From positions 4,256,001 to 4,320,000 of the forward strand of contig OZ253470.1 in NCBI GenBank assembly GCA_965261735.1: 64,000 bases of DNA, given 5' to 3'. The DNA comes from Alphaproteobacteria bacterium. GTDB lineage: Bacteria > Pseudomonadota > Alphaproteobacteria > SHVV01. The notes beneath the pieces are model-generated. The model made no database searches. It had not been told where the DNA came from and saw only the letters and a program-made list of their open reading frames with translations. Shown piece after piece: positions 42,441-54,213 of this stretch (the first letter of the stretch is position 1; the number at the start of each line of letters is the position of its first letter). A program made the translations under genes and the position numbers.

Positions 42441-43507
42441 GGCTTTGGTGCATGGAGCCGCGATGGTGTGATTGCCCATTCCCCGGTTGGTTAGCGGATC
42501 CTGATTGTGTTTGGTTTCGCCGCACGGATAGAGCGATTGAGTGCGTCGATCTGCATGGCGATTTCGGTTTGTTGGTATTGGAATGTGCGAGCGTTGAGCT
42601 TGCCGCCGTTGAGCCTCTTGACGCGCTCTCTCAATCCGTAGCCCTGTCGTTTCTGCCAGTTCATTCTTCCCTTCGACGCGATCTCCGCCGCATGGTGCTC
42701 CCGTTCCGATCCGCCATGAGGCGTGTCCGGGGGAGGAATGGATGTGGCGCGTGGCGGGATGATGATTTCAGGTGGTGAATTCGGTGGCCGAGCTTCTCGG
42801 ATCGCTTTTGTCACGGGCTCCCCGTCATAGGCGCCGTCGGCAAACACGCGCCGGATCATCCCACCGGAACCGGCGACCAGCGGTCCCGCCATCGTCGCAT
42901 CGGCCGTGTCGTCACCGGTCAGTTCATGCGTCCGGATCTCGCTGCTGGCCGGGTCAACCGAGATATGCAGCTTGCGCCACGAGCGCCGCGTTTCACCGTG
43001 CTTGGCGCGAGCCCACTCGCCAGCGCCAAAGAATTTCAGGCCCGTGGAATCCAGCACGATATCCGTAGACCGCTTGTTCGTGCTGGTTTCCACAACGACA
43101 TCCACCGTTCGCCGCCGCCGCGACAGCGTGGTGTGATCCGGCACCGGCAGATCGCACCCCATCAAGTCCACGAGGGAACGCACAAAGCCTTCCGTCTGGC
43201 GCAGCGGCAATCTGAAGACCACCCCCAGCATCAGTGTCGTGGAAATCGCCAACTCTGAAAACCGCCGCTGGCCACCAGGAGTTCGCCGCTTGGCTGCGTC
43301 CATTGCTCCAGGGCGCTCTCATCAATCCAGAAACGAATGTCGCCGCGCCGAACCAAACCACGGTCATAATCCGGCCAGTTCATGACCCGGTACTTGGCTC
43401 TGGGGATATGGTGGCGACGCGATGCGTGGAACTTGAAAGGCATGACAAACTCTCAAAGACGGAAGCGGAGCCAGGTATACTAATCCTTAGGTCCATGCAC
43501 CAAAGCC
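42441..43507 (-). mobile_element. IS5-family (IS903 group) copy 2, damaged
   Basis: Same IRs; one G lost near 43300 and a ~21-bp deletion near 42625. Confidence 0.93.
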
Positions 43508-43738
43508 CATCCACTTCGCTTCGGCCTGTCCGGATGCCGCCCTGTTCCGCCTGCTGGCCGGGCGCCTCGCCGCCGCGGGCCCCTGATCGCCGGGGCGCCG
43601 TGCCCCGCCAACCCGAGCCCATTCAACCCCAAACCCCGACACCGCCAACCTCAAACCCCGGCACCGCAAGGCGCCGAACACAAACCTTCGCGCGCTCAAA
43701 ATCAACCGATAAACTCTGCCTCCGATGAATAAGTCAGG
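43508..43738 (+). mobile_element. IS1380-family 3' remnant
   Basis: IHFASACPDAALFRLLAGRLAAAGP* followed by end GATGAATAAGTCAGG. Confidence 0.65.
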
Positions 43739-43911
43739 CTAGCTGCCGAGCAGGGACTTGCCGACGCCCAGACTTGGCTCGGCCTCATGTACGCCAAACG
43801 GTTGTTAGGCCTTGCGGAATAAGCCTGTATTCAGCGGTTTATGGCACTACACAGGAACTCTCGACGGAGATCAGAACTCAAACATATTTGGATGTTATCT
43901 GGAGGGGCACT

Positions 43912-44244
43912 ATGGGAATACATCGAATTTTCACGGGAAACGACGGTGAAAGCCACATGGAGGAGCTACGATTAGAGGAGCACCCTGAATTGGGCGCATT
44001 GACCGATGTTTCCGAGGTCCGGGTCCAGGAGTTTGACGGAAGCAGAAATAGGGACTTCAATCCGCTACCCGAACGCAGGCTGATCATTCATCTTTCCGGC
44101 GAAGTCGAGATTAGAACTAGTGATGGCGCTAAGCAAGTGTTCAGAGCCGGAGACATTAGACTTATGGAAGATGTTAGCGGTCGCGGTCACGCCCACGTTG
44201 ACCTCAGCCCGTCATCCGCCGTTTACGTCATCCTGAATGACTAG
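43912..44244 (+). CDS. Small cupin-like protein
   Basis: GGAGG RBS; RIFTGNDGESH, LSGEVEI..SDG, GD...EDVSGRGH. Confidence 0.75.
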   Translation: MGIHRIFTGNDGESHMEELRLEEHPELGALTDVSEVRVQEFDGSRNRDFNPLPERRLIIHLSGEVEIRTSDGAKQVFRAGDIRLMEDVSGRGHAHVDLSPSSAVYVILND

Positions 44245-44703
44245 GACCGCCGCCTCTCTCTCCGCGCTTTCGTTTTCGCGTCGCCACTCATCCACACTGG
44301 TGTTGATGGTGATGGACGGGCGGGAGCTACGTCAGAGATACGCCCGCAAGCGCTGGAGTTTGATTGAATTCGCTTGCGTTTCGCTTACGGGAGAAATGAA
44401 AACAAATAAATTATAAATTAAATCAACGGTATGAAATCATGCATCACGAACCCGGTGAGATCGTCGTCCCAATAGAACTTGTCCGGTTTCCTCACGAAAA
44501 TCGAGCGCCGATATGGCGTCTGGAGAGTGCTGCTCGCGTTTTGTGATACCTGTCGCCATGACGGTTTTCCCTTGGTAACCTAACAAGAACATAAAGCGAA
44601 TTTATTCCACAGAATAGTGCAAAAAGTGCTCATTCGTCAGGTCAGGTAAACGAAGTGGCCGTGGTAGGCAAGGTCAAGCACATCTCTGGATCGGGCGCAC
44701 TCT

Positions 44704-44875
44704 CGTTAACGGCGGAGGAATAATGCACCACGCGAGGCGGCCGAGCGGTTCGGTCGTGGCGGCGCAGAATTGCGCCACCTATGTCCCCTTGTCGGTTATA
44801 GCGAGGGCCGGGAGATTTGGGGCGTGGAGCTTTATGTGGCGGTTCGTCTGGCGGTTGTCAATGAGGGTCTGAGCC
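44704..44875 (+). mobile_element. Degenerate IS21 left-end remnant
   Basis: Homologous to 23946-24120. Confidence 0.75.
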
Positions 44876-45253
44876 CACACTGCCGGCGACGGGCGGGGCT
44901 TAGCAATTTCCCTCAAGCGCCTCTTTCAAGATCAACTTATCCAACGTCAGATCCGAGATCGCCTTCCGGAGACGGCCATTCTCCTTCTCCAGGTCCTTCA
45001 GACGCTTGGCCTGGTCAGTACGAAGGCCGCCATATTCCTTGCGCCAGCGATAGTAACTCTGCTCCGATACGCCGAGCGTGCGGCAAGCTTGACCAACGGA
45101 CTGGCCCTGCGCCAAGGCCACCTCGGCTTCGCGCAACATGCTGATAATCTGTTCTGGGGTGTAGCGTTTACGGCTCATTTTGTCCTCCTTTCGGGGGGGC
45201 AAAATGCGCCAAACTCTCTTAACAAATCTGGACCACTTTTAGGGGTCACTCCA
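44876..45253 (-). mobile_element. IS3-family (IS407 group) left end and OrfA (44900..45178)
   Basis: End TGGAGTGACCCC; MSRKRYTPEQIISMLREAE...YYRWRKEYGG...LEKENGRL. Confidence 0.85.
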
Positions 45254-45269
45254 GATGACCCAAAAACCT

Positions 45270-45465
45270 ATCCGCCATCCGAAGCGGTGGCCGGGGCCTT
45301 TTCCGTTTCAGGACAGCTACCTGCTGTCTCAGGGCAAGGATTTCTGTGTGGAGCGCCGCGCGGCCCGCGAAGATTTCGATGATCTTATGCATGCCGGAAA
45401 AGGTATCCGGTGGTGATGAACAATTCTAAGAATTCTGCGATAGATGGAATAAATGGGAGGGACAG
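45270..45465 (+). repeat. Third copy of the MITE-like unit
   Basis: Ends GATGGAATAAATGGGAGGGACAG; homologous to both units at 21511-21890. Confidence 0.8.
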
Positions 45466-47220
45466 CTATTCAGCCTCCAATCCAAAATGCTCGATGACAC
45501 TTGGATCGATCACACCCGCATGCAGCGCCAGTAAAACGAGACGCGCATCCGGTCCATCTTCGGTGCCAAGCGCGACGACGACCCGGGCCTCGACCGCGTT
45601 GACGAGCGTGGCATCGTTGACGGCCTCGAAGTCGCTTCGACCGAGGATACAGTACGCCAATAGGAGTGAGGCATGGGCCGAGGCAGCCTCGGTGACCGGG
45701 CCGATCTCCTTGAGCAGCTTTAGCAGGCTGCTGAAAAAGTCATCATTGCCGGGCCTTGAACTCGGATTCATCGCCGAAATGAAATGAGATTTCGTGTCTT
45801 AGGGTGAAACCGTCTTCAATCTCGACCGATCCGATGCCCTGGGCTTCGTCCAGTTCGATGATCTGCCACTTTGCGGTCAGCGGCGTGCCGGCATCGCCCA
45901 TCATGTTGGCGCCTCCGCCAGCAGTCTGGGTAGTCGGACGAGGTTGTAGGCGGCCAAGGCCAGGGTGAACGAAGCGTCGACCCGGTGGCGGCCCCGGAAT
46001 TTGGTCTTGCTCAATCCCGCGCTCGTCTTGACCCAGCCGAAGACCTCCTCGATGCGCTTGCGGCAACGTTGGCTGACGCCGTAACCGGGATGGCGCGTCG
46101 TGCGCCCGTCTATCTTGGTCTTGCGCCGCTTGCCGGTCTTGGTGACGTGGTCCTGGACGGCGATATGGGGGGTCACCTTGCGGTGCCGCAGTTCCTCGAC
46201 AAAATCCGCGACGTCAAAACCCTTGTCCCCGCCCACCGTGATCCGACGCCGCCCGCCTCTACTCTCCACCGGGCGATGCCTGTCGATCAGATCAAGGGCG
46301 GCTTCGCGTTCCGCCGTGCCCGACGCAATGGTCACGCCGCCGCCGACTGCCAGACCATGGCGGTTCTCCGTCAGCGCATGGCCCATGTAACACAGCTTGC
46401 TTTCCCGGCCATTACCCTTGCGATAAAGCCGGGCGTCCGGATCAGTGGTGCTTGCATGGGTCGCGTTCGAGCGTTTCTCGCCATGAAAATCCCGCGCGGC
46501 GTTGCGCCCCGATCCCCCGTCGCCATCGTCCTCACCTTTGGGACGAAAGCTCTTCATCGACGCCCAGGCCTCGATCAATGTTCCGTCTACCGAAAAATGA
46601 TCCCGGCTCAATAGTCCCCCTACCTTGTGGTGCTGGATAACCCCCGCAAGCAGCTGCCCCGAAACCTCCGCCTCCAGAAGACGGTCCCGGTTGTGGCAGA
46701 ACGCGTTGGCGTCCCACACGCCATCGTCCAGCCCAAGCCCCACAAACCAGCAAAACAGCATGTTGAAGTTTAGCTGCTCCATCAGCTGACGCTGCGAGCG
46801 GATCGAATAAAACGCCTGCAACAGTAACGCTCGAAGAAGCTTCTCCGGCGGGATCGATGGGCGACCCATGTGGGAATAAAGCGTCTCGAACTCCGAAGAT
46901 AGAGACCCCAATACGTCGTTCACGATCTCACGGATCAGACGCAGCGGATGATCATCCGGAACACGCTCTTCCAAGTCTACGTAGCTGAATAAATTGCCAC
47001 TGCTTTGATCTCGACCCCGCATGCCATCCTCCATCACTCGAAGAAATCACAGAATCATGTCACAACTGCAAAGGCGAGGACTTTTTCAGCAGCCTGTTAG
47101 GGCTGTCAGCTTTACCGGCTCTGGCACCAGCGCCGGATGGAGACCCGCGTCACGCAGCTCGCGGTCGAACTGCTGCAGTTCGCGCGAGCGACCAAACAAG
47201 CTAAACATGCCAGCGAACAT
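45466..47220 (-). pseudogene. Small hypothetical protein split by IS5
   Basis: MFAGMFSLFGRSRELQQFD...VKLTAL and KLLKEIGP...HFGLEAE* rejoin in frame after removing the IS and one TSD. Confidence 0.75.
45724..47096 (-). mobile_element. IS5-family (IS5 group) element, copy 1; transposase 45901..47037
   Basis: IRs CAGGCTGCTGAAAAAGTC; 4-bp TSD TTAG; GRPSIPPEKLL, FSVDGTLI, TDPDARL, GDKGFD, RKRIEE. Confidence 0.95.
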
Positions 47221-47261
47221 GGGATCAGCTTGATCCTGGCGGACGCCCGTTGGCTGTATCG

Positions 47262-49166
47262 CTAGGCGACGCCAATTTTGGCGGCACTTTCTAACTCCTC
47301 CTGGCCTGCGATCCAAGCGGCTTCGGCGGCATCGAGATCGCGCTGGAGCCAGCTAATTTTCTGTTGCAGTCGTTTCGACTCCTCCGGTTGCTCGCGATAG
47401 AGAGCGGGATCGGCGAGTTTTTCGAGTATTTCCTGCTTCTCGAGAGTCAGGCGGTCGACCAGTGCTTCGGCCTTCTTGACCTTGTTGGTGAGCGACGAAG
47501 CGTCCCGACGCCGCTCGGCCGACCTGCGACGCTTCTCCTTTTTATTTGTCGTTACCCGACTAGGTGTTGGCATGGCCTCGGTGCGGGAGGACTCATCGGG
47601 TCGAGACTTGCGCTCGAGCGTCAGGGCCCGATAGTCCGCCATATCGCCCTCAAACGACGCCACCCGACTTCCGCTTACAAGCCAGAATCGATCGACGGTT
47701 AGTGCAATCAGGTGAGGGTCATGGCTGACGATCACCACCGCCCCATCGAACTCGTTGATCGCCTCAGCCATAGCATCGCGCGATGCCATGTCGAGATGGT
47801 TTGTCGGTTCATCCAATAACAACACATGCGGTTCGCTGGCTGCGATTTGCGCGAACACCAGACGTGCCCGCTCTCCCCCGGACAACGACCCGATACGGCC
47901 CAAAGCCATGTCGTTGGTAAATCCAAAACGGCCCAGATAGGTGCGCATTTTCTCCGGGGTATCGTCGGGGCGCAGCCGGCCCAGCGACTCAATCGGGCTA
48001 GCCGATGGATCGAGCTGTTCGGTGAGTTGTTGGGAAAAATAGCCGACCCGAAGCCTCGGCGACTTCACCACCTCGCCCGCCATTGGCTTGAGCATGCCAG
48101 CCAGCAACTTGATAAACGTGGTCTTGCCGTTTCCGTTTGCACCGAGCAATGCGATGCGGTCATCGCTATCTAAACGCAACGAGATGTTTGAGAGAACCGG
48201 CGTGTCGTCGTAGCCGACGTCGACCCGATAGAGGCTGTAGAGAGGCGGTGCCAACACCGCGACCTTGGGAAAATGGAAGTTGGGCGCTCGCTCACTGGAC
48301 ATTGCGGTGGGCGGCGCCAGGCGCGCCAACATCTTAATGCGCGATTGTGCCTGTTTGGCCTTCGTGGCCTGCGCGCGAAATCGATCGACGAATTTCTCCA
48401 TATGGTCACGTTGGGCTTCCTGCTTGACACGCAGTTTGCCGTCGAGCTCCAACCGCATTCGGCGATTCGTCTCAAATCGGTCGTAATTGCCCTGGTAATG
48501 GATCAGTTTGGTGTTTTCGAGATGAAGAATTTCTCCGACCGCCCGATTGAGAAGGTCGCGATCGTGGCTGATAATCACGACCGCCCCCTCGTAGCGCGCT
48601 ATGTAGTCCTCCAGCCATAGTGTCGCTTCGAGGTCGAGATGGTTGGTCGGCTCGTCCAGTAGCAACAAATCGGGCGCGGTAAACAGCAGCGAGGCCAGCG
48701 CCACGCGCATACGCCAACCACCCGAAAACGAGGCGCAACTGCGCTGTTGCGCGGCTTCGTCGAAGCCCAAGCCGGCTAGAATACGTGCCGCGCGGGCCGT
48801 CGCGGAATACGCCTGACACCGGGCTAGAAGGTCATGGATCGCAGCGATCCGTGCTGGATCGGTGGCCGTTTCCGCCTCCTGCCATAAGCTCGCCAATTCC
48901 GTATCCGCACCAATCACGGTACCGATCAGGCTGTCGCGACCGTTGGGTGCGTCTTGAGACGTAATCCCCACACGCCAGTGTGGTGGCACCGAGATGCGTC
49001 CGCCGTCGCTGTCAGCCACGCCGGTAATCAGACCAAACAGTGTCGTCTTACCGGCACCGTTGCGGCCGACAACCCCCACCTTGTGGCCGGCGTTAACGAC
49101 GGCGTTTACATCGTCAAAAAGAAGTCGGCCCGCGATGCGGTAAGTGAGGTTTTCAATCTTTAGCAA
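47262..49166 (-). CDS. ABC-F family ATPase (YheS/Uup-like)
   Basis: Two ABC domains (GRNGAGKT/FSGGW/LLDEPTNHLD and GANGNGKT/LSGGE/LLDEPTNHLD), no TM, C-terminal coiled coil; TTG start inferred from GGAG. Confidence 0.92.
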   Translation of the reverse strand: MLKIENLTYRIAGRLLFDDVNAVVNAGHKVGVVGRNGAGKTTLFGLITGVADSDGGRISVPPHWRVGITSQDAPNGRDSLIGTVIGADTELASLWQEAETATDPARIAAIHDLLARCQAYSATARAARILAGLGFDEAAQQRSCASFSGGWRMRVALASLLFTAPDLLLLDEPTNHLDLEATLWLEDYIARYEGAVVIISHDRDLLNRAVGEILHLENTKLIHYQGNYDRFETNRRMRLELDGKLRVKQEAQRDHMEKFVDRFRAQATKAKQAQSRIKMLARLAPPTAMSSERAPNFHFPKVAVLAPPLYSLYRVDVGYDDTPVLSNISLRLDSDDRIALLGANGNGKTTFIKLLAGMLKPMAGEVVKSPRLRVGYFSQQLTEQLDPSASPIESLGRLRPDDTPEKMRTYLGRFGFTNDMALGRIGSLSGGERARLVFAQIAASEPHVLLLDEPTNHLDMASRDAMAEAINEFDGAVVIVSHDPHLIALTVDRFWLVSGSRVASFEGDMADYRALTLERKSRPDESSRTEAMPTPSRVTTNKKEKRRRSAERRRDASSLTNKVKKAEALVDRLTLEKQEILEKLADPALYREQPEESKRLQQKISWLQRDLDAAEAAWIAGQEELESAAKIGVA

Positions 49167-49258
49167 GGCAATGACTCCGCCCGCGGGCGTCTGGGGATAG
49201 CGAGTTTGCGAAACTTGGTGGGCGTAGATTGCCGAAACAACAACCCACCGCAAAAGCT

Positions 49259-49605
49259 ATAGCATTTTGTGATCATTCGGAATCGTGAGGGATTCCGCGG
49301 AGGCTCGTTATGTGATTCAAGGTGCGGGCTGGAAAAGGAGGCCAGCCTGCATGGCGAAATCTCTTTCCAACGATCTTCGAGCGCGGCTTGTCGCGGCGGT
49401 TGAAGGCGTCGCAACGTTTTGGGGTAGCGGCTTCGACAGCGATCAAATGGGTTGATCTGTGGCGACGGAGCGGCGATGTCGGAGAGCGGCCACGGGGCGG
49501 CGATCACCGCTCGTACCGGATCGAGGCCCATGGCGAGGAGATTCTGTCCCTGGTCGAGGTGACGCCGGGCATCACCTTGGCGGAGCTGGCTGAGCATCTC
49601 GATGC
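49259..49605 (+). mobile_element. IS630-family left end and OrfA remnant
   Basis: TATAGCATTTT end; MAKSLSNDLRARLV...RFGVAASTAIKW...PGITLAEL, with a frameshift. Confidence 0.7.
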
Positions 49606-50694
49606 GGCTTTGGTGCATGGACCTAAGGATTAGTATATCTGGCTCCGCTTCCGTCTTTGAGAGTTTGTCATGCCTTTCAAGTTCCACGCATCGCGTCGCC
49701 ACCATATCCCCAGAGCCAAGTACCGGATCATGAACTGGCCGGATTATGACCGTGGTTTGGTTCGGCGCGGCGACATTCGTTTCTGGATTGATGAGAGCGC
49801 CCTGGAGCAATGGGCCGCAGCCAAACGGCGAACTCCTGGTGGCCAGCGGCGGTTTTCAGAGTTGGCGATTTCCACGACACTGATGCTGGGGATGGTCTTC
49901 AGACTTCCGCTGCGCCAGACGGAAGGCTTTGTGCGTTCCCTCGTGGACTTGATGGGGTGCGATCTGCCGGTGCCGGATCACACCACGCTGTCGCGGCGGC
50001 GGCGAACGGTGGATGTCGTTGTGGAAACCAGCACGAACAAGCGGTCTACGGATATCGTGCTGGATTCCACGGGCCTGAAATTCTTTAGCGCTGGCGAGTG
50101 GGCTCGCGCCAAGCACGGTGAAACGCGGCGCTCGTGGCGCAAGCTGCATATCTCGGTTGACCCGGCCAGCAGCGAGATCCGGACGCATGAACTGACCGGT
50201 GACGACACGGCCGATGCGACGATGGCGGGACCGCTGGTCGCCGGTTCCGGTGGGATGATCCGGCGCGTGTTTGCCGACGGCGCCTATGACGGGGAGCCCG
50301 TGACAAAAGCGATCCGAGAAGCTCGGCCACCGAATTCACCACCTGAAATCATCATCCCGCCACGCGCCACATCCATTCCTCCCCCGGACACGCCTCATGG
50401 CGGATCGGAACGGGAGCACCATGCGGCGGAGATCGCGTCGAAGGGAAGGATGAACTGGCAGAAACGACAGGGCTACGGATTGAGAGCGCTTGGCGAAACA
50501 GCCATGGCTCGCGTCAAGAGGCTCAACGGCGGCAAGCTCAACGCTCGCACATTCCAATCCCAACAAACCGAAATCGCCATGCAGATCGACGTACTCAATC
50601 GCTCTATCCGTGCGGCGAAACCAAACACAATCAGGATCCGCTAACCAACCGGGGAATGGGCAATCACACCATCGCGGCTCCATGCACCAAAGCC
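49606..50694 (+). mobile_element. IS5-family (IS903 group) copy 3; transposase 49670..50644
   Basis: Same IRs and ORF as copy 1; no TSD. Confidence 0.95.
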
Positions 50695-50789
50695 ACGTAG
50701 CGGCACTGACGGCTGCGATCATCCGCCAGGCGATACAGTATGGCCTATACGGCTATCGCCGCGTCGAGGCCTTCGAGGCCTACCAGCTG

Positions 50790-51133
50790 TAGAGGCGGGT
50801 GCGCGCGGATTCCCCATTTTGGCACCCCATTACGGACGATGCCGGATAGAGGTTTGCAACTGACCCACGCCCCTCGTGGCGCGCCGGTCCGACCTGTGCA
50901 GCTCATTTCGTCATCGTCTCGCAACCTCGTGGCGGGCCCTCAGCCAGCGGCGCGGTAGGCTTCGCCGCTCCGAAGCACGGCCCAGATGATCCGTGCGTTC
51001 TTGTTGGCGACGGCCACCGTGGCCCGGTTGAAGCCGCGCCGCCGGTGAAGTTTGTTGACCCAGGCGTTGAAGGGATCCGTCTTTGCTGAGGCCGTTCGAA
51101 CGACGGACCTGGCGCCATGCACCAGCAGGGACC
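50790..51133 (-). mobile_element. IS110-family C-terminal remnant with part of the non-coding end
   Basis: LLVHGARSV...RRGFNRATVAVANKNARIIWAVL* with stop at 50940. Confidence 0.75.
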
Positions 51134-52366
51134 CTATCGCGCGGGGAGGGGGTTGAGGCCCAGCCGCGTCTGCCGAAGGTAGATGAACCCGATGGTGCAG
51201 AAATTCATGACCGTGAACCCGCAACCAGCGAGAAAGGCTTGGGAATAGCTGCCCGTGAGGTCGAAAATGTGGCCTCCGAGCCACCCCCCGAGCGCCATGC
51301 CGAGCAACGCGAACATGTAGAAGGTGGCGATGCGCCAGCCGGCCTGGCTGGCCGGGAAGAGCAGCCGGATGATCAGGGGGTAGCACGGCATGATGCCCGC
51401 GAATCCCAGGCCGAACAGCAATGCGGCGACGTACAGGGCAGGCGGGCTGGTTACGATCGAAAAGACCACGAGCATGATGGCCTGACAGGCCGAACCGATG
51501 AGCAGCGTTCGCACCCCGCCGATGCGGTCGGCCAGCATGCCATAGAGAATCCGTGAGACGAAAGCCGCGGCGAACAATACGGTCAATAGTTCGGCGGCGC
51601 GTGCCCGTGGCAAACCCAGGTCGGTGCCGTGGCTGACGAGATGAACCATCGGTATCGCCATCGCCGCGCAGCAACCGATGGTCGCCAGGCACAACAGGCC
51701 CTGCACGGCATTTGCGGGCAGATCGAGAACTCGTCCAAGCACGGCGTGGCCCTCGCGGGCCCAGCCCGGGGGCGTGATGGGCGGCTTGGGGCGCAGCAGC
51801 ATGGCTAGCGGCACCATGGTGCAAAGCGCGAAAACGCCGAATATCAGATAGGTCTCGCGCCAACCGTAGGCGTCGTTGAGGTAGCGGAAGAGGGGAGGCC
51901 CGATGGTTCCGGAGAGCCCTTGGCTCGAGGCGATGATGGAGACCGCCAGTCCCCGCCGACGATCGAACCAGTGCGTCACATTGGCGATCAGCGGTGTGAG
52001 GATCGCGGCTTGACCCATCAAGCCGATCAGCAGCCCGTTGGCGACGTAGAGGCTCCAGCGCCCTTCGGACTGACTGGCGACAAGGGCGCCGATCCCGATC
52101 ATCACGGACCCGAACAGCACCGGCTGCAGCACGCCGCGCTTGTCCATCCACCAACCCATCACGACGCCGCCCACCGCAGCGCCGATCATCATCATCGAAT
52201 AGGCGAGGGAAGGGACCGACCGGGGCCAGTCGAATTCCGCGGCGATCGGCTTGAGCGCGACCCACAGCACGATCGGCGCGCCGATGGCGATGGTGCCAAT
52301 GGAGAGCGAGACGAATACGACTATCCAGCCGTATGGGGTTTCGATACTGCCGTCCCGTTGCGCCAT
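51134..52366 (-). CDS. MFS transporter
   Basis: About 12 TM helices; GWWMDKRG, WFDRRRGLA, GMLADRIG. Confidence 0.9.
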   Translation of the reverse strand: MAQRDGSIETPYGWIVVFVSLSIGTIAIGAPIVLWVALKPIAAEFDWPRSVPSLAYSMMMIGAAVGGVVMGWWMDKRGVLQPVLFGSVMIGIGALVASQSEGRWSLYVANGLLIGLMGQAAILTPLIANVTHWFDRRRGLAVSIIASSQGLSGTIGPPLFRYLNDAYGWRETYLIFGVFALCTMVPLAMLLRPKPPITPPGWAREGHAVLGRVLDLPANAVQGLLCLATIGCCAAMAIPMVHLVSHGTDLGLPRARAAELLTVLFAAAFVSRILYGMLADRIGGVRTLLIGSACQAIMLVVFSIVTSPPALYVAALLFGLGFAGIMPCYPLIIRLLFPASQAGWRIATFYMFALLGMALGGWLGGHIFDLTGSYSQAFLAGCGFTVMNFCTIGFIYLRQTRLGLNPLPAR

Positions 52367-52414
52367 GGGCTCTGGATGTCTGTCGTGCAATTGAGTGGGG
52401 CGGCGGCTACCTAG

Positions 52415-54061
52415 GAGCGTGCGCCGTAGAAGTTTTGATGTTGGGCGATTGGCGCGCGGCCGCCGGAGAGGTGGGATTTTGGCCCGAGTGTGGATATCTG
52501 GCCCGCCCGACTCTGGGATGGAAATCCCAGACCGGAAGGCCGGAAGGGAAGAGATTCGCGTTTCATACGCGGTCGATGGGCACTGCGCGCCCCGGATCAA
52601 GTGCGTTGGCAGGCCAGCACCTGCCTCAGCACGTGGCCACCGTCCCCATCCGCTTGATGTTCAACGCCAAGCACACGAGGTCCCACTCGCCGCGCACCTT
52701 CGCCAAGCCTCGCAGGCTGAATCGTCGGAATCCGAGCACCTCCTTGATCCACCCGTTCGGCGCCTCCGAGAGCCACTTGCGTTGCGCGTACCGGGCTTTG
52801 CCCGCGGGGCTCGCCAGTTTCTCACCCATGCGGTGCGTGGCAGGGAGCCGGGCCGGGTCGACCGCCACCTGGGACTTGCCTTCACGCCCCAGCGCTACGT
52901 GCGCGTCGATGCCGCGATCTTCCAGCTCCAACAGATCCGGCTCGTTGCAGTAGCCCGCATCGGCCAGTACCACCGCAGGCTCGACCCCAAACGTCTCGTT
53001 GATCTCGTCGAGCATCCCCACCAGCTGACCCTGGTCGCTGGCCTGTGGCCCCACCTGAGTCGCGACGATGATCTGGTGCTCCCCATCGACCGCCATCTGC
53101 GCGTTGTAGCACTGCTGGAACCCCTCGCTGCTGGTCTTCATGATCTGGCTCTCGGGATCGGTGAAATTGCTCTGCGCCTTCGGCTCGGGCTCGCCGTAGG
53201 CCCGCTTGTAAGGCCGCCCGCCCCGGGGATTGCGGTCCTGCCCCGGCTCGCGCCCGCGCTCATCGTCGCGCCCGCGTTGCGCCGCCTCCAAACGCGCTTT
53301 GGCTGCCTGGATCGCCGCCAGGCGCTTCTCCCTGCGTTGCAACTCCTCGGGCAACTCGTCGCCCCGGAAATCCTCGCCCCAACGCTCGTCTTCTTCGGCG
53401 TCCACCATCCCCGCCGTCGTCAGCAGCGCCTCGATCTCCGCCTGCAAGCGAGCCGCCTCTTTGCCCATCCGCTCATAGCTCATCGCCTTGCGCTTGCTCG
53501 CGTTCGCTCGCACCTTCGTCCCGTCGACCGAGAGCTTGCCGAACCGCGCCAGTCCCATCTCGCGCGCCACCTGCACCACCCCCACAAACAGCTCGCTGAA
53601 CTCCGCCAGATGTCGGCGTCGGAACTCACATACCGTGCGATGTTGCGGGAAGTTGCCCGCCGCGAGCATCCTAAACGCTACATCCTCCTCCAGCTTCCTC
53701 GCCACCGCGCGCGAGGAGAATGTGCCCGTCGCGTAGGCATAGATCAGCACCTTGACCATCATCGACGGCTCGTAGGGGGCGTTGCGTCGACCGTCCCCCT
53801 CGTAGGGCGCATAGAACGCCGTCAAGTCCAGTGCATCGACCACATCGCTGACGTGATGAGCCAGGTGCCCTGGGGAAACCCACTCCTGCAAGTCCGGCGG
53901 CAAAAGCAAGGGTTGGTCCGGCTGGTAGGCACGAAACGTGGTCGGCATCGGGAGTTCCCACACGCAACTGGCGTATCGGATCATACTTCCCCCTGCGCAA
54001 ATCCACCCACAACCCGTCCGCTATCAACTTTGCCGCGCGGACCTTTCTGCGGCGCACGCTC
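52415..54061 (-). mobile_element. IS1182-family element, complete; transposase 52626..53948
   Basis: IRs GAGCGTGCGCCGTAGAA / TTCTGCGGCGCACGCTC; CTAG duplicated; YAYATGTFSSR, VDGTKVRANAS, TDPES, ADAGY. Confidence 0.93.
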
Positions 54062-54213
54062 CTAGGGAAGCTCTGACCGCCGTGGCACGACCGATGGAGG
54101 GAAGGTCGATGACCGGGGCGCGCGCCCCGGAGGATGGATTCGATAGTCATAGCGCCACCAATCGCGCATGCGCCATCCCGGGTCAAGCAACCCACTACCC
54201 ATGCGCCGCCTTG

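Noticed and set aside
24375-43507. Composite transposon bounded by inverted IS903-group copies 1 and 2
   Set aside because: Outer flanks show no target duplication, and both outer neighbours are truncated IS fragments
44587-44601. Second LexA box GAAC-ATAAAGC-GAAT
   Set aside because: One mismatch, and no identifiable downstream gene because an IS remnant follows
50695-50790. Short IS3 OrfB-like scrap (AALTAAII...YGLYGYRRV)
   Set aside because: Too short to delimit or assign confidently
52395-54065. 556-aa plus-strand ORF
   Set aside because: Antisense to the IS1182 transposase and confined to the element
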